This document shows positions 54,401-64,000 of a stretch of DNA of 64,000 bases, one piece after another. Within the stretch, counting starts at the first letter, position 1, and every line of letters starts with the position of its first letter. A program made the translations under genes and the position numbers. Source of the DNA: Daphnia carinata (lineage: Eukaryota); NCBI RefSeq assembly GCF_022539665.2, contig NC_081331.1, positions 4,402,001 to 4,466,000 on the forward strand, in the 5' to 3' direction. A model generated the notes under the pieces. The model did no database searches. It was not told the DNA's origin and saw only the letters and a program-made list of their open reading frames with translations.

Positions 54401-57400
54401 TCTCAAACTCATCTAACTGTAAAAACAAAAAATATAGGTGTACGTTATGAAATAGAAAAAACAAACAAAAAACAAACAACTAGAGGATCATCGTGCGAGA
54501 ATAGATATCCATCCAGGATAATTATTTTCATTCGATTTTTTATTAGTGCATCGCGTTTGCCATCCGTTCGTTCTTTTTCGAGGTTAGCATTGGGTGGTTT
54601 GTTTGGTTGTTGTTCGTTTACTGCGGCGCGGATGAGGTCGCCCTGACGATAAGATTAGAACCGACATTCGGCTTGTTTGTGTGTCTATGTTTTGTGACTG
54701 CCTTAGCGACTAGGGGTTCGTGTTTGCACGTTTCAAGCAACTTATAATAATATATGGGACCTTTTCTTCCTTCTTTTTGTTTGAGATGGAGGAGACTTAA
54801 AAAGCGGATATGACCATTTGGACGCTGACAAAAACACACACACACAACCAAAGTCACAAATAGAAAAGACACACACACATACGCACAGTGTGTGGGATGA
54901 GAGGAGGGCGAGCATCAAAAATCCATTAAGGGCCCTTCCGACTTTGGGTTCGTTCGTTCGTTATTTTGTTTCGTTCAGTCTGCATCCCAAAAAAGCTTTT
55001 CCTACTTCTTTTCTTTTTTTTTTCTTCCCTAAAATATTTTTCTCTGTCTCTCTTTAACGTTTCCTACTTCTTTTAATTTGAAGACTGTGCTCCTCTGACT
55101 CGGAAAAATTCTTAGGACGCCTAGCCCACGGCTGCGCGTGCTTGTATACATATTTTTTTTGTTTTCTGTTCGCCATTCACACTTCCTTGCATCACGCTTT
55201 GATTTTATTATTTATAGTTTTCTCCCTTTTATGACAGCTAGTCGGCGACCAAGAGGAAACAAACGGCTCTGATTTCATGGTCCCAAGGTTCAGCAGCAGA
55301 AGGAAATAAAATGCGAAAATTCAATAAAAAAACCAAAAAGTAGGACACGCAAACGCCATCTAGTGGCCAAATTGTCAACGTTATAGTCGAAATCGTGGCT
55401 CTAGTGACATATGCTGCCACCTATTGGCCGAAAAAAGCAAACGACATACGACAATTTGGTACAAATCTGATAAGGAAGAATCTGTAATTCAAGATGTAGA
55501 AGAAGAAGAGGGAAAAAAAAAATTCCTTTTCTGGATTGTGGTGGGTCACATTCTTGCATAATGGACAACCGAGGGGGGAAAAAACAGATAAAAGAAATAC
55601 GGAAAAAAGCGGAGTGGGGGTTGTTCTTCCCTTTTCCCCTTCTTTTTTACTACCGACTACTACTATTATTATGGAAATAAACTATTATGCGACTATGAAA
55701 AGCCGACGAAAAAGATCTTAGTTAAACGATCATTAATACAGTCGATTCCCACGCCGCCGCGCATAATAGGAGCCTCAAAATACTAAACACTTCACACCCA
55801 ACCAATAAGAAAGAAAAGGAAAAAACCGGGTGAACATAATCATAAAGTAAAGCATGGCATTTTTCTTTACTTTATTTTATTCAAATCTACTTTGTACTAA
55901 AAGCTATGTGTTTCCGCCTTTTTTTTTTCTTTTCTTTCTAAATTCTAAATAGCGACGACGCAACAAAAAAAAATGCTGTAGAATGCAATAGGATTAAATA
56001 CCTGTATTTCATTTAGTAACTCCGTTTTACGGCGTCGTATCTCGACAAGCAGCTGTTGTTCGGCTGGCGTCAAATCTAAAAAAAAAAACAAAAAAAAAAC
56101 GGATAAAATAAAAAATGAATATTAACTCAAAATTTCAACGAACGAATATGATATCACAAAATTACAAAAGGGCCCCCCAACTGAGCAGAAGCGCAAGAAC
56201 TAAGTATAATGATGAATTGACGTGTCGCTCGGCCGTTGACAAAAGGGGAACAATGAGCGTCGTGTTCATAATGATGAACAACAACCCCTCCCTTTCTCTC
56301 TCTTTACTTCTGGCAAATCGTAATTATCGTCTGTGTTGTTTATGTTCTCTTATATACACACAAATAAAAAAAAAAAAGCAGCAGCTGATGAGTTCGAGCG
56401 TATCATTATGGCGATCATTATGTTTGTGTTCGGTATATTCACATAACGACAGAGCGTGATCGTGAGAACCCCAATCGTACACATGCACTACAGTGCTACT
56501 ACCCCACCAAGGAGGCTATTCATCGACTATTTATTAATCTACTAGTTAGAGAGTTCCTCTCTTTCGCTTTGGGGCAAAACGGAAGCAGGTGGTCGCGGTC
56601 GGAAAGAATAATAATAAAATGAAAAGACAGAAAATAGCTCTCTCTCTCTCTCAGTTTCTGGGTTTCCATATGGACTCAAAACACACCAACCCGACCTGGC
56701 CTCTCTGCTCGCCAGAGGAGAAAATAAACGTGTCAACCCAAAAGGCCAGACGTTCACCGATGGAACATTTTTCGTTTGTTTTTTTTTCTGTTCGTTTTTT
56801 TTTTCGAGGGGTAAAAAAACACCAAAAAAGGGAAAAAAAAAACAGGTTTTAGCTGATAGGGCTAGTTTGGATACAAGTCAAAGTAATTTGACTAGATACG
56901 GAAGCGCTGCTTTCTCTCTCTCCCCCTTCTCTTTCCGGAATGAAACGTCATCAGCTGTTACTGCTGCGGGGTGCGTTAAGTTTCTTTTTCAGCTTGTGTG
57001 TATGCACATCTTGACAAAACATTTCGAAGCCTTGGAAGATACGAACACACAAAAAAAAGGAGAGACGAGTGTGAAACAAAAGCCGATGTTGCGGGTGTCA
57101 ATTCGGTGGAGGAACGCCAAAAGCAGCGTGGGACTGGAGAGGCGGGGGGGATCCTTCCATGGCGCCATGCAGTCACAAAAGTCACACAGGACGCAGACGG
57201 AATCCATGAAATGAAAAAAATCTTGACCGGATTCTTCCTCGTGTGAAATGTGAGAATCAAAAGCAGTGTTTTGGAAAATTTTTGTTGTTCATAAGCTAAA
57301 TATTTACTCGTTTCGTTCTCAAACTACAAAATCATTTCGGTTGGTATTTTAGAGTGTCGGCATCATTGTCAGTAATTTCAATTCGAAGCGAGTGGAATTG

Positions 57401-60400
57401 ATTTTAATTGGAAGTAGCATTCCAGGAAAGGCAATTGACATTCAGCCCACCAACTACGAGCCGACGAGTTTCTTTCGATTGTCACTCGTCCGGTTGGACA
57501 ACATTTCATCGGGTGGAGTCGTTAAACGAACTTTAAAAGGAGATGCGCCTGTTGGCGGGGACATCTAAAACTGACAGAAGCTTCACCCGAAAATGGGAAC
57601 GACGAACATAACAATCAACAGACAAGATAATAAAGACTCAAACAAAACAAGATAGAAAGCATTTTTTTTAAAGAGAGAAACACAGGGCGTTCCCTTTATC
57701 TCGTGCCTCCCCGGATAAAACAAAATGATTTCCGCTCCGTTTCATCCGCCATAAACGAATGGGAAAAACAAAAATGAAATAATATAAAAATAGTAAACAC
57801 CCGGAATTCACACCTCAACGGTCTCACGTCTAAATCTACACGAGACGACAATTAGAGGACGATTTTCAGCCGAATAGCGACGGCAAAGGGGAATCTGCCA
57901 TCATCATCCGCAAGACAAAAGGTCTGACGGAGGTCTGACACACGGCGCACGTTCACGCTTGAGCAAGTCACCAAGGTCACTAGTCCCGCAGGCGGTCCTC
58001 CTCATCGCAACACTCGATCACTCGATAATGCGCATCTTGTATATAGATAAAGCAGGGGGATATAAAATAAGGAAAGCTGAACGTGTTATAACTGAAGGCG
58101 AACGGGATAGAAACATCAAAAAGGAGGAGGAGGGCGGCAAAGAGGCAGGTTCAGATTAGAACGTGCAAAATAGCAGCCATACATAGTCTTCTGCGTAATT
58201 ATAATAATAGAAAGCTGTACGATGAAAACAGGAAAAAAAAAAATAGAGAGAGATATAAGGAACATGTTGTGTACCCTGTAAATAACGAGTATAAAATCGA
58301 ACGTAACCATCTATCTGGCTCTCAATGCATGAGCTAAAAGGCGTTATCCAAAAGATGTGCTGTAAGGTTCAAGGACTCATCCGTCTCACCTTTCTATCGC
58401 CCTTCGTCGCTCACGTTTCATAATATCATCGTCGTGGCATCTTTTTTTTTACGTTCCACTACTTCTTTCTTTTACGCTCTTTTGACTCCCCTCCACCTCC
58501 CCCCCAAAAGAAAATGATTCGGAGATCACGGTGAAAAACAAAAGAAAAATGCGCACGACCGCGGCCTCAAAAAAAAAAAGAATTTTGTTTAAAGGTAAAA
58601 TGGGGAAGAAAAAAGTTAAAGGAAAACGAGACACAAAACTGGCAGCGCGAAACACCTCGGTATTATATCTATTGGGGTCGATGCTAATCTCTATCGTTGA
58701 AATTATCCGTCCCCTTCGATACACACACAATCTTATTTTCCCGTTGCAGCTATTTACGTAAGTACCAAACGCTGTGTGTTACGTACACACCAAAGTACAC
58801 ACACAGATAGTGAGTGAATCGAAAATATTTACGGTTACAGCGGTAGTACAGTTTAGATTGTCACCATTCCGTCACGACCGTTGCTTTAGCAGACGATCAC
58901 TCAACCGGCATTCCAACGAAAAATGCCAAGAGTGTCATAATCCCCTCCTCGCTCTTCTACAAACACCACAACTACTAGTCTATATAACTACATTCCCATT
59001 GAAAAATCTGTGTATAATCTCTTTTTTTTTTACGTTTCTCTCTATCTCTTGTAGACGGAAAGCAACCCTCTTTATAGACCGCAAGGAGATTCAATGAACC
59101 GCGTCAAAATCCAACCCCCTCTCGATCACACAAACTTTTTCCGATGTTCGATCCAATATTTTTGACCCGAAAATCCCACGAACCCTATTGTGGTGTCGTT
59201 TTCCATAAATAATTACGCTGCTCGGGTAGAATGAGAGCTCTCTCGAAAAATATAAAAACCGAGTGGGTTACACACAAAAATAGTTGAGAGAGCGAAGAAA
59301 AGAAAGGAATATGTCAATAGAAAAAAGAACTTGTCCAGGTGGAGACAAGGAAGAGCCGTTCGTTTGCAGATGGCCACGAAAGAGAGAGACGGGCCATTCA
59401 TCACATCGGTGAAGGGCTTTCGAAAGTAAAACGAAGAAAGTCTTGTACATACGCAAACGAGTAAAACCTGCCCATTAAATTTTGTTTTTCTTTTTTTACA
59501 CGGTTTCCGAAATAGACGACAGAGAAAAGACGAGAATAAAGTAAATTCGAGGGGGGTTCTACAGTGGTTAGCTGAGTGTCCATGACCAGGGCGCTATCGG
59601 TGGACTTGGGTTTGCAGCAAACAACAAGGACCACACCTGGCTTAACGTCAACCCAATTTGTAACGGCCTCTATTCAAAGATGAGCAAGAAAAACGAATAC
59701 AAAAAAAAAAAACTGGAACATATTCAAGTATCTTTCTATTTTTCCCCCCTCTCTCTATTCAAAATGATGAACAACGCGGTTAGTGCACAACTACACTGCC
59801 AACAATGTCCCGAGAGAAGCCCCACGCCGGACAGCCGCACCTAACATATACAGACAGCCGTGTTTGTGTGTGGCTGTGTGTAAATTTGTCCGTTCCATCC
59901 CTGGGAAAAAAACGAGGCCGACCGAAACGCTCATCATTTGCTTTTTTTTTTCGAAGAGAAAGAAAAGAATGAATAAAAGAATGACGGGAAAAATAGGAGG
60001 AGAGGGGCACCGGAACAAGTACTTTTTTCTCCTTAAACTGTGCCTGTACTTTTGGATGAGTTCATCCAATGCCTTTTTACTCAATGCCGTGAGATAGTGA
60101 GAGACCTGCCGCTGTTTGGCGGCACATTTTGGGGACCTTTAATGACAAGCGCTACCGTTTGATGATTGTCCTATTGATGGCCCATCAGCCGTAATGTCTA
60201 CTATTTATCTCCTTTTTTTTCATCCCTCTATCTCTCTCTCCCGATTTCTATACACAATAACCTTTTTTTAAAATATATATTCATGGGGGTGGTGGATATA
60301 AAAGAGATTGACCATTGCACCGTGTTTTTCTACCATAAATGGTGTAACCGGTCCTTTAAAGAGATATCGCCCCCATGTTACTGCGTACAATTTAAAGTTT

Positions 60401-60710
60401 CTTTTCTTATTTCTTTTTTTTTAGATTTACGGATCGGCATTCCAAAGTAACAAAAAAAGGGAAGATGAAGTAGATGATGATGATCCACCAGCTAGCTACC
60501 GAGTTCTTATGAAAGTAAAAAAAAAAAAAAAAACCAACACAAAAACAAGCATCTCAAAATGAGACTGGACTACATTATCCCTCTGCTATTCTCTTTCTCG
60601 CTGCGAGACGATGATGCCAGGTAGCATCCTCAACAACTTCACTCACACTTGTTGATAAGATTCTCCAACTGAGTCCCGGTAGCCGCCTGTAATCCGTTGA
60701 CGACGGCCAT
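48499..60710 (-). CDS. CYTH: Cytohesin (ARNO/GRP1/steppke-type Arf-GEF): coiled coil, Sec7, PH, polybasic tail
   Basis: Candidate first exon 60710-60647 (less certain). Exon 56075-56002 [24 protein letters not shown], then [36 protein letters not shown], catalytic [56 protein letters not shown], ending [26 protein letters not shown]. Confidence 0.95.
51201..51845 (-). CDS. Alternative first coding exon of cytohesin (about 203-215 aa, Ser-rich, disordered)
   Basis: Long ORF inside the cytohesin intron ending AAT GGA|gtgagt (phase 0), in frame with the downstream cag|CAA CTT AAG (QLKDEI) exon. Confidence 0.72.
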
Positions 60711-63700
60711 GGTCTGAATTCCAATAATATGTTTTTGTTTGTTGTTTTGCGGGTCTTTCGTCCCAATGAAAGAGAATTGGAAGGGGGAACTTGAAACCAG
60801 GGCAAATAACTCTTTTTTCCCCTTCTTTTCGATCTTCGTATCAAAAATTGCCGAACCCGAAACAAACAAACACACGAACACAATGAACGTCCAAAAGGGA
60901 GAGGGGAATCACAATGTTCAATAGACAACTGCCACTTCTTTTGCTATATAAATTTGTGTTTTGTTTTCTTTCTTTCTTCTGATCTGTAGCACAAAAATCC
61001 GATGCACAGAACAACCCGGAGAGTGTATACACGACCGTTCCACCTGAGCGTTGGACACTGACTGGTGCCAGTGGCTCCTATGCTACCCCCACTATCAACG
61101 AACTCCGGAACCCCAAAGCTCCATGTGTACTATTACTACCACCACCACCACTACTACTATGCGTATACTACGCTCCCTTCTCTTTCTCTCGTTTCACCTC
61201 GACAACAAAAAAAGAGAGAGAGAAAGAGCATCTTTTCACTCCCACCCTCTTCACCCCCTAACTATAGTAGTTTTAGATTCCCTTCGCTTCGGACGCTATC
61301 TATCCGTTAGCCAGTCAGCATCGTCCATCATTCAAGTCCACGAAAGAGGAGTTGCATTATTGATTCTTACATCCGAAGAGGAGGGAAGAAAAAAAAAAAG
61401 GAAAACCCAAAATGCAAAGATTTTTGAATAATCTTTCGAGTTTTGTGTGGTTGTTCATAGTATAGCTCTCTGCGGGGCGAAAACAATACCAATCAGCATA
61501 TATGGGCGGTCGGTGAGCTTGCAGTTTGGGTCGTGCGGGATGATGGATGCACGAACGGCGCCGGAAGGTAGACTCAGGTGGGGTACAAAAAACAAAAAGG
61601 CAAAAACAACATTGAATCAACAAAAAAAAATCTAAACGTGTCGTTTTTCCATTTGAGGGAAAAAAACGGGAAAAGACAAGGCACGCTTAACACATCCATG
61701 TATCGAGGGCCGTGAAAAATGCCTTTGGGTTATGTGATCTTTAAAGGCTTTGGAAAAACCTGTATTCTCCCTTTTCTTCGTGTATCGCTTCTAGTTCTCC
61801 CCCCCCCCCCCCATTTTTCCCTTTGGAGGGCCCGGAAGGCCCTGTGCGGAATGAGGGACATTTAAGAGCGGATGAGCTAGACGCAAGAGGGTTCGGATTC
61901 GCTCTCTCTCTTTCTCGGCCTTTTTTTTTCTTTCTTTAGTTTATGTATTTCATTTTCTTTTAAGGGTTAAAAGGTGAACGGTGGAAAACCAGTGGGGGGA
62001 ACAGCCCGGCATTTCCGTTCCCATCTCATTACCCCAATGTTCTTGTTTTTTTTTTGTTTTTTCTTTCTTTCTCTTTCATCTGAGCGTCTATCTGAGCATA
62101 TCTGGCTGCCTTAAGGGTACCCCGTTGCGGTTGGTATCGTGTTTCAACACCCAGCCAACCAGCAAAGTCCAGCTTTTGGTCGAATCCAAAAGACACGTTC
62201 AATAGTCTGGAACGTCTGCAGAGAATTCTTACCAGGAGTTGGGAAGAAGAACAGCTTGGTACATAAATAACAGCCAAACACTCCTGGTGAGCAATGACCA
62301 TCAAGTCAAAACAGTAACGAAGGCAAAATAGCCTAAAGTGTACCACCTTTATCAACCGAGAAGATATTTTTGAAAACCTATAACCACTCATGTGTGGTTT
62401 ACTAGAGAGCAGAGCCTCTGCAGAGAGAACAGACTGGGGAAAAAACCAATGACAACTTGTGAAGTGTGCTTTGTTTGCAGAACGATCCTATATGAGGGAA
62501 AAGTCAACCAACAGGAGAAGACTAAATTCACCCCAATATCTCTAATTGAAATCCTGCCAATATTCAATAACTAAGCAACTCCACTAACGCTATCAAGTGT
62601 GCAGCTGTTTGCCATGATACGAGTTGCATCCTCGTTCTCGTTTTCTCCGAGAACCACGTACACCTTAGTTATCTTTAGATCTCTTACCTGCAATTTTGAA
62701 TATCTCGGCAGAAGACACCGTCTGGGTCTGCATGATAGCAACGATGACAAAGTCTCGATCGTTGATTAAACTGGTGTGGAGACAATGCACTTATCTATGG
62801 ATTGATAACTCAAAAGAAATTGTGGCGGATTGTTTGCACCGTTTATCGTCAACAATAAGACGCCATTGTTCGAGTACGGCCAACGCTACCTAGTGGCAAT
62901 TTCTTACAACTCGGTGTCACTTTGCCATTGCCAATGGAAAATAAAAGTCCTAACCGATTTGGTAATTCCCGTCTCGACAAGACATCCCGATTGCATTCAT
63001 ACATTTGAAATTCCAACTTTATCTCGATACAATCATACGGGTTTTTAAATAACAACTTACGCTAACCTTTCGAAGAGTCTAATTTCACGAATATAACTGA
63101 AATTACAAACGATTTTTTTTTGTTTCTTCAATTTGGACCGAAAGGTGTTAAGTAACTTCCTAGCTGAAACAAAAAACTCGAAAGCCTTGTTAATAGGGCG
63201 ATTTGGGCCGCATCCGCTGCGTAATCGGAACATGTTCTAAAACGCCGTTTTTGACACACTATAGTACTACGTTCAAAGATTTAGGTCACATTTTTGCTAT
63301 CGTTAAGTGAATTGTGGTTGAAGACTAACGTGTATTTAAGCAACTTTATACTAATGCATTATCTGTCACACAGAAGCAAGTTTTAATTCCAACTGAGGAA
63401 TGTGTAGTGGTATAATGCAATCAAAGACATGTTTTGTAGAGAAAATAGAAACATTCCAAAAAAAAAAAATATTAAAAAAAATAACTGTAAGGTTCCACAA
63501 GAAAATGAATGCTTTGTTGAAGAAAAAGATCAGTTGTAGAAGCGAGAAAGAACTCGAGGAAGAACAGAAAAGGAATACAAATAATGTGTCACCTTGCTTG
63601 ACAGCAGCAGCGACTTGAGGCGAAGGGAAAAATTGAGACGCCCACTGTGATCCGTAATGAGCGTCTGACAACAAGGCTTCAACATTTTTAGTCCGGACCT

Positions 63701-64000
63701 ACAATAAAATGGGAATTAATTTTCCGACTGCCTACCATGACGAAGCCAGCTTTCTTATGATTCTTTTGTTTGTTTCGAGGCTCGCCGACTTGCAGTTAAT
63801 CAATAACAATTTGGATCAAAAGGTCACCTGCAATCGAATCAATTTTCCCAGCTTTTTGACAGTCCGAAGCTGTGTGTCTGTGCGATTGTGTACGATCCCT
63901 CTCACAGTTTCACTCATTCTCTCTGGATGTCGAACAACACAAAAGCAAATCACGAATTCTTCCCTTCCCTCGAACCATTGGACCACCCTCATTTATCTGC

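Overview
Gene-dense, AT-rich eukaryotic genomic DNA with many short (about 55-90 nt) GT-AG introns and poly-A/poly-G tracts. The style and gene content point to an invertebrate, most likely a Daphnia-like crustacean (inference, not verified). Hand-built gene models, left to right: a partial and a complete acid-lipase gene (tandem pair), PHYHD1, a C6orf136/DUF2358 homolog, MRPS7, MPG, a 5-exon 232-aa gene whose product resembles a stand-alone gasdermin pore-forming domain, a GPI-anchored 3-Ig Lachesin/DIP-type gene, SREK1IP1, PNUTS/PPP1R10, MRPS18B, FAH, an astacin with three ShK domains, a small orphan secreted peptide, and cytohesin with alternative first exons. The most notable items are: (1) the gasdermin-like gene at 11983-12950, in a lineage generally described as lacking gasdermins; (2) a structured PNUTS intron that appears to hide a stop-containing alternative exon; (3) a PNUTS-MRPS18B head-to-head pair with C6orf136 nearby, mirroring the human MHC class I region. 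All homology calls come from motif recognition by eye; no searches were run.
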